Sequence record: SRR31156797_5117
DNA length: 34,317 nt
Strand: one strand, 5' to 3'
Of this stretch, positions 1-8,445 are shown one piece after another. Within the stretch, counting starts at the first letter, position 1; the number at the start of each line of letters is the position of its first letter. The notes beneath the pieces are model-generated. The model was given only the letters and a program-made list of their open reading frames with translations, ran no database searches and was not told the DNA's origin. Position numbers and translations under genes: made by a program.

Positions 1-1527
1 TGCAGTTGCTGCTTCAACTGCTGCATTTAGACTGAGGATATTTGTTTGGAAAGCGATTTGGTCGATCACTTCTATTGAGTCATGGATCGCATTTACTTTT
101 TCATTGATCTCATCCATCGAAAGGCTTGTTTCATTTGCTAGGTCTTGTCCTGTTTTTACTGATGTTGTTACATCATTTGCATATCTTGCCATTTGGATTA
201 CATTGTTTGTATTATTTGCTATATTTGAAGTGATCTCTTCAAGGGCTGCAGCTGTTTCTTCTAATGATGCAGCTGCTTCATTTGAAGAGCTATTGAGTTT
301 ATCAACATTTGTTAAAAGTGTTGATGAGCTTGTTTGTAAGGTTGAACTATTTCGTTTGTTTTCTATTAATATATTTGTAATAGAGTCTCCAAGTTTATTT
401 ACACCCTGTGCAAGATGTAAAATATGCTCTTTCATTTGACCTGTTTCAACTTTATTCATATAGTCATAGTTTGTATATTGATCTAAGATTGTTAAAACAT
501 CTTTGATATTTTGCTCTAAGTGATCTGCCATTTGGTTCAGTAATCCTTTTAGTCTATTTAATGCTGGATTTACAGTATTGGCATTTACTCTTTGTGAAAG
601 ATCACCTTTTTCAAACTCTGAGAGGACATCGATAGTAGTATTGATCACTTCTCTATCTTGATCAATTTGTAGTTTTGTTTTATCAATATTTTGATTGATC
701 AGTTTTGCCATGGTTCCTAGTTCATCTTTTGAAGAGTCATCAAGATGTGAGATCTCTTTTGTTTCTTGGTTTAGGTATTTAAAAAAGTTATTGATCCCAG
801 TTTCAAAATTGTGTAAAGGCTCAACAAATACTTTTTTTACGATTATAGTGATGATAAAAGCAGAGAGTAAAATAAGTATAGTCACCACAACACCTGATTT
901 TACAAGGGTAGATATTAAAGTACTTTGGTTCTTTTGCTCCATGACATCTACTTGTTTGTACACATCATCTACATAGATACCTGTAACCAATGTCCAGTTA
1001 AGTTCAGGAATAAACTTAGAATAGGCAATCTTTTTTAAGATCTGATCAGTATTTGGTTTTTGATAATAGTATGTGACAAATTTATCTTTAGAACCATTTT
1101 TAATCAAAGCTTCTCTAAATGCAAAACCTTTGATATCAGGCTTTGTGATATCTGTTTTTTTACTATTTAGCTTTGATTTTGTTCCATGAAAAGCAAAAAA
1201 GTATTCTGAGCCTTTTTTCTCATAAGCAAAAAAGTAGCCACTTTTGTTTTCTAGATATCTGATCCCTGATAACAAAGAGATGATCTCTTTTTTTGCATCT
1301 TCTTTGTTGTCATATTTGTCTAAAACGGTTTTGGTAATGCTCTCAGCTGAGAGTATTTGATTTTTTATAAGACTTTGTTTCTCTTTTAACATATCATGTT
1401 CATAAAATGAAAGCATATCTTGATTACTACTAATAAGACTAAAGATACTTACAGCAGAGATAAGAACCATAGAGATAAGTAGAGGAGAGATAGATGTTGC
1501 TAAAAGTTTTGATTTTAGGGTATTCAC
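1..1527 (-). CDS. Methyl-accepting chemotaxis protein with a periplasmic single Cache-type sensor domain (3' end runs off the window)
   Basis: Not in the ORF track; translated by hand. GTG start at 1527 with AAGGA SD at about 1534-1538. N-terminal TM helix, Cache-like segment (GIRYLENKSGYFFAY...WTLVTGIYVDDV), second TM, then the MCP signalling motif IDQIAFQTNILSLNAAVEAATA at the window edge. Confidence 0.93.
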   Translation of the reverse strand, partial: MNTLKSKLLATSISPLLISMVLISAVSIFSLISSNQDMLSFYEHDMLKEKQSLIKNQILSAESITKTVLDKYDNKEDAKKEIISLLSGIRYLENKSGYFFAYEKKGSEYFFAFHGTKSKLNSKKTDITKPDIKGFAFREALIKNGSKDKFVTYYYQKPNTDQILKKIAYSKFIPELNWTLVTGIYVDDVYKQVDVMEQKNQSTLISTLVKSGVVVTILILLSAFIITIIVKKVFVEPLHNFETGINNFFKYLNQETKEISHLDDSSKDELGTMAKLINQNIDKTKLQIDQDREVINTTIDVLSEFEKGDLSQRVNANTVNPALNRLKGLLNQMADHLEQNIKDVLTILDQYTNYDYMNKVETGQMKEHILHLAQGVNKLGDSITNILIENKRNSSTLQTSSSTLLTNVDKLNSSSNEAAASLEETAAALEEITSNIANNTNNVIQMARYANDVTTSVKTGQDLANETSLSMDEINEKVNAIHDSIEVIDQIAFQTNILSLNAAVEAATA

Positions 1528-1625
1528 TTTTGATCCTTTGAATTGAAGATAACATTATATTCAAAAGTCAATTAAAAGATTATTGAAGTATTACAAATAT
1601 GTTTATCTATTTTAAGATCAATCAA

Positions 1626-2630
1626 TTATGTAACTAGAAAGCGATGTTCATCTACCCAATCTTTCCATTTAGGACTTGATTCAACATCGATCCCATTTTT
1701 TTGTAAATCTCTTACAAGTAGTATTGTAAACTCTCCATTAAGTTTTAGTGAAAACTCTAATACATTTGAAAGATATTCAGTGCAGAAGTTCTCTTTTAAA
1801 GCATAGGTGATACCGATACAAAGTGCATAAAGTGTAGAGTTTTTTGTAGGGATCTCTATATCAATCCCTTGAAGTATATGCTCAATATTTGGAAGCTCAT
1901 TCATCACTTTAGCGTAGTTTAAAAACTCAATCGCCACCTCTTTTCCTATGGCTCCTGCTATAACATTCTCTAAAAGTTGTGGTTTTACAGATGACTTTAA
2001 TATATCATCTACAAATTTCCAACTCCGTGGCGTTGCAAAAGATTTATTAGGTGATTTTGGATCAAACATAAAAAGATCACTTTGTTTATAACTAAGATAA
2101 GAAATAATCCTTTTATCAATATTACTTTTAAATGCCCAAAGCTTCCATGAATCAAAATCAAGATCAAAGTTAAGATGTACAAATCTATTGGCAAGTGGTG
2201 TAGGCATACGATATGTTACACCGCGATCACTTTCATAGTTTCCAGCAGCGATAATAGCAAAATTTTTTGGAAGTGTATATTCTCCAATTTTTCGATCTAA
2301 GATAAGCTGATATGCTGCTGCTTGGATAGTAGGAGGAGCGGAGTTTATTTCATCTAAAAAAAGGATTCCATATTCGTTAGAGTTACTATCAGGTAAAAAT
2401 TCAGGTTTTGCCCAAATAGCTTGTTTTTTATCACTTTCAAAAAAAGGGATCCCTCTTAGATCAGTCGGATCAAGAAGTGAAAGACGAAGATCGATAAATT
2501 GCATCTCTTTTTCATCGGCAATTTGCTGCACTAGTGAAGATTTTCCAACACCAGGATTTCCCCAAATAAAGGTTGGTATTTTACTTTCAATCAGTGGGAT
2601 TAGGGCTTGTTTTAAATCTGTTGCTATCAT
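1626..2630 (-). CDS. MoxR-type (AAA_5) AAA+ ATPase
   Basis: Walker A IWGNPGVGKS, Walker B ILFLDEIN, sensor-1 AAGN, Arg finger PLANRF, sensor-2 ATPRSW. Start overlaps the upstream stop (ATGA, 2627-2630). Confidence 0.88.
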   Translation of the reverse strand: MIATDLKQALIPLIESKIPTFIWGNPGVGKSSLVQQIADEKEMQFIDLRLSLLDPTDLRGIPFFESDKKQAIWAKPEFLPDSNSNEYGILFLDEINSAPPTIQAAAYQLILDRKIGEYTLPKNFAIIAAGNYESDRGVTYRMPTPLANRFVHLNFDLDFDSWKLWAFKSNIDKRIISYLSYKQSDLFMFDPKSPNKSFATPRSWKFVDDILKSSVKPQLLENVIAGAIGKEVAIEFLNYAKVMNELPNIEHILQGIDIEIPTKNSTLYALCIGITYALKENFCTEYLSNVLEFSLKLNGEFTILLVRDLQKNGIDVESSPKWKDWVDEHRFLVT

Positions 2631-4033
2631 AAAATCGTATCCATATAAGTATTTCGTTTAAATTGACTATCTCTATCAGAGATAATACCTAAAGAGTTTC
2701 TTGAAAACTCTTTATAGGTTTCATTATTAGAGACAATTGTATGGTATCTATTGTCTACTTGAAGTTGCATCAGAATATTGATCGGAGTATTTATATTTTG
2801 AGCCAAGGCTGTATTGATCTCATGAAGGCTCTTTTCATAAAGACTTTTAAGTATCTCTTTTGGTGTTTTGTTATTATATACCAATGCTAGGTTTACATCA
2901 AAATCATTTAATTGATATAAAGTATTGAAAATACTTTCTTCTAAAGCTTCATTTGAAGCGATAGTGATATTATATATTTTATCATTGAGCTTTAAAAATT
3001 GATCTATCTTTTCAATTGGACAGAGATCATTTTTTAATAGATTGATATTGACATTGTCTATGTTTTTTTCAAATAATTTTTCTATATGATTTATTTGAAG
3101 TGTTGGGTTTGAAGAGAGGTAGATAAAGTCTATCTTTTCTAAGTTTAAAGAAAATAGTTTAGAAGAAATCTCATCATTTAGCTCTATAGATTTTAAAAGC
3201 TCTTTTTTTAAGCTCGTATCCTCTATCACCTCATCAACATTTTCACTATCTATATTATTGGCTTGGATTAGGTTTTGAGTGATGGTTTTATCTTTAAGCT
3301 CAAAAAGTTTTTGCTGTATCATTTTTCCTATAGATTCATTTTGTGCTAAAAATTGCAGTTCTCTAATATTCTTGTTTTTTAATATCTGCATGAGAAGTGG
3401 TTTGGGTGTATTTGGATTTAAAGCAACTACCTCTTTTAATGTAAGAGGTTGATTTTCTCCAGCATTTCTATCACTGATTGAGAATTCAGGCATAGAATAA
3501 ATAGCTTCTAAAAGTTTTCCATTTGTAGCTTCTAATGCGGTATAGTATATTCCTATAGGGGAGTGTTGTATATTGTGATTTGTCTCAGTCAAAGAGCAAA
3601 ACCTAGCTGTAATAGCAGTGGCTACATCTCTATTTTCATCACTATCATAAATACCAGTATTATTCCAATTATAATATTTAAGTATTTTTATAAAGTTTTC
3701 ATCACTAAAGTAGCTGTTTTTTAAAAGGCTAATAATACGTGATTGATCTTTTGAGATTTTTAGAGCTAATAAAATAGAGTCTATATCTATAGTTTCACTA
3801 AACTCTTTTTCTATTTGTTCTATACTATAAAGTTCTTTTCCATCTTTTGAAAGGAGATAAAACTTATCTTGAAGATATACAGGGGTCATATACCCCTCTA
3901 TGATAATATCTGCATCATTTTCATTTTCAACAAGCTCACTACCATTTTGGATAAAGTATTTTATAAGTTCATCTTTGGCGATCTTCTCACCTTGACCACT
4001 AAAATAGAGTTTTTTATTATTGTATTTAATCAT
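2627..4033 (-). CDS. Hypothetical protein with an N-terminal BRCT-like domain and C-terminal LRV/HEAT-like repeats
   Basis: N-terminus KKLYFSG..IAKDELIKYFIQNG..LV..ADIIIEG resembles the BRCT consensus. Recurring motifs VALNPNTP, LAQNES, LSSNPTL, IASNEAL, LVYNNKTP and LAQNINTP are typical of leucine-rich-variant repeats. Confidence 0.6.
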   Translation of the reverse strand: MIKYNNKKLYFSGQGEKIAKDELIKYFIQNGSELVENENDADIIIEGYMTPVYLQDKFYLLSKDGKELYSIEQIEKEFSETIDIDSILLALKISKDQSRIISLLKNSYFSDENFIKILKYYNWNNTGIYDSDENRDVATAITARFCSLTETNHNIQHSPIGIYYTALEATNGKLLEAIYSMPEFSISDRNAGENQPLTLKEVVALNPNTPKPLLMQILKNKNIRELQFLAQNESIGKMIQQKLFELKDKTITQNLIQANNIDSENVDEVIEDTSLKKELLKSIELNDEISSKLFSLNLEKIDFIYLSSNPTLQINHIEKLFEKNIDNVNINLLKNDLCPIEKIDQFLKLNDKIYNITIASNEALEESIFNTLYQLNDFDVNLALVYNNKTPKEILKSLYEKSLHEINTALAQNINTPINILMQLQVDNRYHTIVSNNETYKEFSRNSLGIISDRDSQFKRNTYMDTIL

Positions 4034-4039
4034 AGAAAA

Positions 4040-4048
4040 ATAGTATCA
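4040..4048 (-). promoter_or_regulatory. Extended -10 promoter, probably giving a leaderless mRNA
   Basis: Minus strand reads TG-A-TACTAT-ttttct-ATG(4033); no SD upstream. Confidence 0.55.
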
Positions 4049-4073
4049 AGTATTGTTTAAAGATCTTTTAACA

Positions 4074-5027
4074 CTAGTTACTAATAAATCCTTCAAGGGT
4101 ATTTTCAAAGGTTTGCATATCTTTATATCGCTTCGCTACAATCTTTACATAGCCACTATCTAAAAAACAGTATTTTGAACAATCTTCAACGATAATATCA
4201 AACTTTGATAGCACCATCGCAAGCTCTTTTCCTGTAATACCATTGAGTTTTACAAGCATACTATTGGTATATGAGTATACAGTTTGATGAAAGATACTAT
4301 ACTCTTTTATGATCTTTTCTAAATAAGCTTTTGATCTTGCATTTGTTGCTTTTGATATCTTGGAAAATGTCACATCTTTTAGCATCTCTTGGATAAAAAG
4401 ATTATCATATGGGGAGATGTTATGCTGGATATTATATTGTTTCAGTCGTGAAATATTTGTTTCATTTGATATTACAAAAGCTGTTTTAATAGCAGGGATG
4501 TTAAAAAAGTATTCAAATGATTTGATGATGTAGAGATTGTGATAGTTTAATATATATTTTGAAACTGATTCAAAAGGGCTAAACTCTAGGTATGATTCAT
4601 CTATAATAATAAAGCAGTTCTTCTCTTGCCACATTTGTATCATAGGTTCAAGATCATAACAACTTCCATCAGGAATACTAGGATTTTGAAAGATCACTAT
4701 TGAATTTGATTTTACATTGTGTCTCATATCGATATATCTATTGATATACTCCACATTGATATCTTTTAAAAAAAGAGTTTCTGTAAAGAGTGTATCAATA
4801 GGTGCATAAATATAGCAGTTTCTAAGTCCTGAACTGTCTATAAGCTTATATAGTGCATTATTTACACCACTATACATCTCTAAAAAGTTTTGATCTATTT
4901 TATAATGGTTTGATACCACATTATAAAGGGTTGAAAAGTTTATAGCTTCATTGACCTTTATACTACTAAGATCAATATTTACATTGGGTGTCAAAAAATT
5001 ATGGTTTGAGGCTAGATCTATTTGCAT
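4074..5027 (-). CDS. Class I/II aminotransferase-fold CobD paralogue lacking the PLP-binding lysine
   Basis: Aligns by eye with the 15812-16828 protein: IDLASNHNF vs IDLSSNINF, NPSIPDG vs NPSTPDG, IIDESYLEF vs LVDESFLEF. However KSMTKFY becomes KSFEYFF. Confidence 0.75.
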   Translation of the reverse strand: MQIDLASNHNFLTPNVNIDLSSIKVNEAINFSTLYNVVSNHYKIDQNFLEMYSGVNNALYKLIDSSGLRNCYIYAPIDTLFTETLFLKDINVEYINRYIDMRHNVKSNSIVIFQNPSIPDGSCYDLEPMIQMWQEKNCFIIIDESYLEFSPFESVSKYILNYHNLYIIKSFEYFFNIPAIKTAFVISNETNISRLKQYNIQHNISPYDNLFIQEMLKDVTFSKISKATNARSKAYLEKIIKEYSIFHQTVYSYTNSMLVKLNGITGKELAMVLSKFDIIVEDCSKYCFLDSGYVKIVAKRYKDMQTFENTLEGFISN

Positions 5028-5033
5028 AAGTGT

Positions 5034-5039
5034 ATAGTA
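5034..5039 (-). promoter_or_regulatory. -10 box, probably giving a leaderless mRNA
   Basis: Minus strand reads TACTAT-acactt-ATG(5027); no SD. Confidence 0.5.
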
Positions 5040-5059
5040 TTATTTTTTTTCTAAAAGTT

Positions 5060-5920
5060 TTATATTAGTGAGAGAAGGAGTAAAATAGTTATAAACAAAA
5101 TATCAAGCCTTTTTTGAAAGGAAAGTGCTTTTAATATATCGTTTTTTTCTATTGTCTGTTTCCCCTCTCCAAAATATGGTTTTGATTTTATTTTACCAAA
5201 ATAAGAAGTGTCTCCACCAAGTTTCACCTCTATAGCTCCCGCCATTGCTGAGATAGGATATCCTGCATTTGGACTTTCATGTAGATGAGCAGACTTTAAA
5301 ATTGCTTTAAAGCTATTTGTACTAAAAAAGAGTAGGGCGATCAATAGTGCGGTGATACGAGAGGGGATATAGTTTGCTACATCATCAAGCTTTGCACTAA
5401 ATTTACCAAAGTTTTGGTACTTGTCATTTTTGTATCCTACCATAGAATCAAGAGTATTGATCGCTTTATAGAAAAATAATCCAATTATCCCAAAAAGAAC
5501 TAGATAAAAAAGTGGCGCAACCACGCCATCACTTAGATTTTCCCCATAAGTTTCTATGGCAGCTTTATTGATATCTGATTCACTTAGATCTTTTGTATCA
5601 CGACTTACAAGATATTGGATATTTTTAGGGTTTTGAAGAATATCTTTTACACTCTCATAAAGCATCTTTGAAGCGATCCCCATAGAAGCGATAATTGCTT
5701 GGAGATACCAAGGTAAAAAACTCAAAGGATAGCTAATAAGAAATACTATAAAAAGAAGTGAAAGAGTAAGAAGTATACCATTTATAAAAGAGTCTTTATA
5801 AAACTTCTTTTCAAACCACGAGATATATTCTCCCATAAATACTACAGGGTGTTTTATATACTTAAATTCTCCAAATATTCTATCTATGATATACGCACCT
5901 AAGGCTATTTCAAAAAACAT
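5060..5920 (-). CDS. cbiB: Adenosylcobinamide-phosphate synthase CbiB
   Basis: Membrane protein with HPVV, LVSRDT, ENLSDGVVAPLFY, YKAINTLDSMVGYK, DDVANYIPSR and SPNAGYP motifs. The ORF track starts at 5935; ATG 5920 is preferred because it follows an extended -10 (TG-A-TATTAT). Confidence 0.93.
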   Translation of the reverse strand: MFFEIALGAYIIDRIFGEFKYIKHPVVFMGEYISWFEKKFYKDSFINGILLTLSLLFIVFLISYPLSFLPWYLQAIIASMGIASKMLYESVKDILQNPKNIQYLVSRDTKDLSESDINKAAIETYGENLSDGVVAPLFYLVLFGIIGLFFYKAINTLDSMVGYKNDKYQNFGKFSAKLDDVANYIPSRITALLIALLFFSTNSFKAILKSAHLHESPNAGYPISAMAGAIEVKLGGDTSYFGKIKSKPYFGEGKQTIEKNDILKALSFQKRLDILFITILLLLSLI

Positions 5921-5949
5921 ATGCAATAATATCATAAGAAGGATTTATT

Positions 5950-7365
5950 ATGAAAGTTTTACTTACAGGTTCTACAGGATATATTGGTCGAAGATTAAAA
6001 CAAAAGCTTTTAGATGATGAAAAGATAAAATTACGACTTTTGGTCAGAAATAAAAGTTCCCTTTCCCAAGAGGCTTTAAAAGGATCTAAAGTGATCGAGG
6101 GTGATACTTTTAATAAAGAATCCATTAGAACTGCTCTAAAAGGTGTAGATGTAGCATATTATCTTATCCATTCACTCAATAAAGATGATTATAAAAACTT
6201 AGATAAAATCTCTGCTGAAAACTTTATAACTGTAGCAAAAGAGTGTGGTGTAAAAAGGGTAATTTACCTTGGGGGACTGGGAGTAAAAAATGAACATACT
6301 AGTGAGCATCTTTTAAGTAGGCTAGAAACTGGAGAGGTTCTGAGCTCAGAAACAAAGGTACAAACTCTATGGATAAGAGCAGGAGTAATAATCGGTTCAG
6401 GAAGTGCCAGCTTTGAGATCATTAGAAATCTTGTTGAAAAGCTTCCTATTATGCTTACTCCAAAATGGGTCTCAACACAGGCTCAACCTATTGCTGTAGA
6501 TGATGTCCTAGAGTATCTTTATCAATCTTTATATTTGGAGTATAATAAAAATCTTGTCGTAGATATAGGCTCAAAAAGGCTTAGTTATAAACAGATGATG
6601 TTAAAAACGTCGGAGGCTTTGGGTCTTAAAAGAAGACTTATCCCTGTCCCTTTTATGAGTATAGGACTCTCATCATATTGGCTTAACCTTTTTACACCAG
6701 TTCCTTTTATTGTTGCAAAAGCTTTGATAGAAGGTTTAGAATCAGAAGTAGTTATACAAAATAAAAATGCCAAAAAATACTTTAAAAAGATAAAACCGAT
6801 GAGCTATAAAAAAGCGGTACAAAAGGCAGAAGATGAGATCAAGCATAATCAAGTCCAAAGTAGATGGAGTGACAATGGTGGAAAAGTATGGGACGAGGTG
6901 CATGATAGAGAATTCAATGATGCGATCTTTGTTGATAGAAAAATAGCTGATATTTCCCATCTTGATAAAAACAAAGTATATGAAAGCTTTACTTCAATCG
7001 GTGGAGAGAATGGTTGGTTTGATTTTGATTTCCTTTGGGAGATACGAGGAATCATCGATAAGATGATAGGGGGAGTAGGACTTAAACGAGGAAGAAGAAG
7101 TGAATGTGATCTTCGAACAGGGGATTGTCTTGACTTTTGGAAAGTGGTAGATCTCAAACAAGATGAGAGACTTTTACTCTATGCTCAGATGAAAGTTCCT
7201 GGAAGTGCATGGCTTGAATTTAAGATCAAAGATAATACTTTGATCCAATCAGCCTATTTCTACCCTAAAGGGGTTTGGGGGAGGTTATATTGGTATAGTT
7301 TGATCCCTTTGCATTATTTTGTCTTTAAAAATATGATCAAAGGGGTCATTGAAAAAGCCTCATAA
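5950..7365 (+). CDS. NAD(P)-binding SDR-family oxidoreductase, YbjT-like, with a C-terminal DUF2867-like domain
   Basis: Rossmann motif VLLTGSTGYIG; AYYLIHS, SEHLLSR and GSGSASFE motifs; C-terminal IGGENGW...DFWKV..AQMKVPGSAWLEF..GRLYWY. AAGGA SD. Confidence 0.88.
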   Translation: MKVLLTGSTGYIGRRLKQKLLDDEKIKLRLLVRNKSSLSQEALKGSKVIEGDTFNKESIRTALKGVDVAYYLIHSLNKDDYKNLDKISAENFITVAKECGVKRVIYLGGLGVKNEHTSEHLLSRLETGEVLSSETKVQTLWIRAGVIIGSGSASFEIIRNLVEKLPIMLTPKWVSTQAQPIAVDDVLEYLYQSLYLEYNKNLVVDIGSKRLSYKQMMLKTSEALGLKRRLIPVPFMSIGLSSYWLNLFTPVPFIVAKALIEGLESEVVIQNKNAKKYFKKIKPMSYKKAVQKAEDEIKHNQVQSRWSDNGGKVWDEVHDREFNDAIFVDRKIADISHLDKNKVYESFTSIGGENGWFDFDFLWEIRGIIDKMIGGVGLKRGRRSECDLRTGDCLDFWKVVDLKQDERLLLYAQMKVPGSAWLEFKIKDNTLIQSAYFYPKGVWGRLYWYSLIPLHYFVFKNMIKGVIEKAS

Positions 7366-7416
7366 AATCTCTTCTTTCTCTATACTCAAAAACTAATCTT
7401 ATAATTCACATTTTCC

Positions 7417-7442
7417 AATTGTCAAGAATTGTCAAGAGTTGT
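7417..7442 (+). promoter_or_regulatory. Tandem 10-bp direct repeat, candidate OmpR-family regulator site
   Basis: AATTGTCAAG-AATTGTCAAG-AGTTGT, upstream of a candidate -10 (TATGAT, 7468-7473) and the AAGGAG SD of the cytochrome operon. Confidence 0.55.
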
Positions 7443-7496
7443 ATTTTGCAACTTTACAAACTTCTTTTATGATTTTACTATCAAAAAGGAGATGAT

Positions 7497-7910
7497 ATGC
7501 AAAAAATACTACTACTATCTATCTTTCCTTTTATGGTTTTTGCAAATAGTTTTAATACGCAGATGCAAAACTATATTGAAGGATTAAAGATAGAAGCAAA
7601 AAAAGCAGATGAAACTTTTAAGGACTTTGATGCCACAAGAGGGGAAAAGATATTTACCTCTAAGCATATAGGCAAAAGAGGTGAAAAGATCTCTTGCACC
7701 AGTTGTCATAGTACCAATCTATCAAAAGAGGGGAAGAATGCTTTTACGAATAAAATGATCGAACCAATATCTCCAAAAACAAATCCAGATAGACTCACTT
7801 CCGTAAAAGAGGTGAAAAAATGGCTTCGTAGAAATTTTAAAGATGTGTATGTCCGTGAAGGGACGGCAATAGAAAAAGGTGATGTACTTTATTACATCAA
7901 TTCAAAATAA
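7497..7910 (+). CDS. SHP-like (DUF1924) monoheme cytochrome c
   Basis: Signal peptide, RGEKIF, CTSCH heme motif, and C-terminal RLT..EVKKWLRRN...EKGDVL resembling sphaeroides heme protein. Confidence 0.8.
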   Translation: MQKILLLSIFPFMVFANSFNTQMQNYIEGLKIEAKKADETFKDFDATRGEKIFTSKHIGKRGEKISCTSCHSTNLSKEGKNAFTNKMIEPISPKTNPDRLTSVKEVKKWLRRNFKDVYVREGTAIEKGDVLYYINSK

Positions 7911-7920
7911 AGGGGATAGG

Positions 7921-8445
7921 ATGAAAAAGATATTTTTAATGGTATTTATATTGGTATGTTCTCTTTTTGGAGATGATGATTACTATTTTTTTAAAAGCTC
8001 AAGTGGGGTAAAACCTGTTAGCGATAAAATATATATGAATGAATGTGCAAGTTGTCATTTTGGCTTTCAGCCAGGACTTTTACCCAAAAGATCTTGGGTA
8101 AAGATGATGGAAAGTCTTGAAGATCATTTTGGAACGGATGCTTCCTTTGATGAAAAAGATCGAGAATATATCTTAAAATATCTCGTTGATAACTCTGCAG
8201 ACAATGTTTCAGGATACAAAAGAAGTAGAAAAATGGATAGTTCTATCTCGAGATATGATACACCTCTAAAGATAACAGAGGTGCCATATTTTAAAAGAGA
8301 ACATAATGAGATACCTAAAAGATTGATCACGCAAAAAGAGGTGGGATCACTGAGTAACTGTACCGCTTGCCATACTAGTGCAAAGAAAGGAATATACAGT
8401 GAAAGAGCAATTAAAATACCAAACTACGGAAGATGGGATGACTAA
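7921..8445 (+). CDS. Diheme cytochrome c (DHC)
   Basis: ATG 7921 after AGGGGATAGG; signal peptide; ECASCH and NCTACH; LLPKRSWVKMMESLEDHFGTDAS typical of DHC. Confidence 0.88.
   Translation: MKKIFLMVFILVCSLFGDDDYYFFKSSSGVKPVSDKIYMNECASCHFGFQPGLLPKRSWVKMMESLEDHFGTDASFDEKDREYILKYLVDNSADNVSGYKRSRKMDSSISRYDTPLKITEVPYFKREHNEIPKRLITQKEVGSLSNCTACHTSAKKGIYSERAIKIPNYGRWDD

Noticed and set aside
104-976. Plus-strand ORFs 104-439 and 695-976
   Set aside because: Antisense shadows of the minus-strand MCP gene.
1626-2630. AAA+ ATPase as the CobS subunit of aerobic cobaltochelatase
   Set aside because: No CobN or VWA-type CobT partner in the window, and the motifs fit a generic MoxR/AAA_5 ATPase.
7879-8437. 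Extended starts in the ORF track (7879, 8378; also 5935, 9924, 15059, 20858, 25519)
   Set aside because: Downstream starts fit SDs, signal peptides and normal gene overlaps better.
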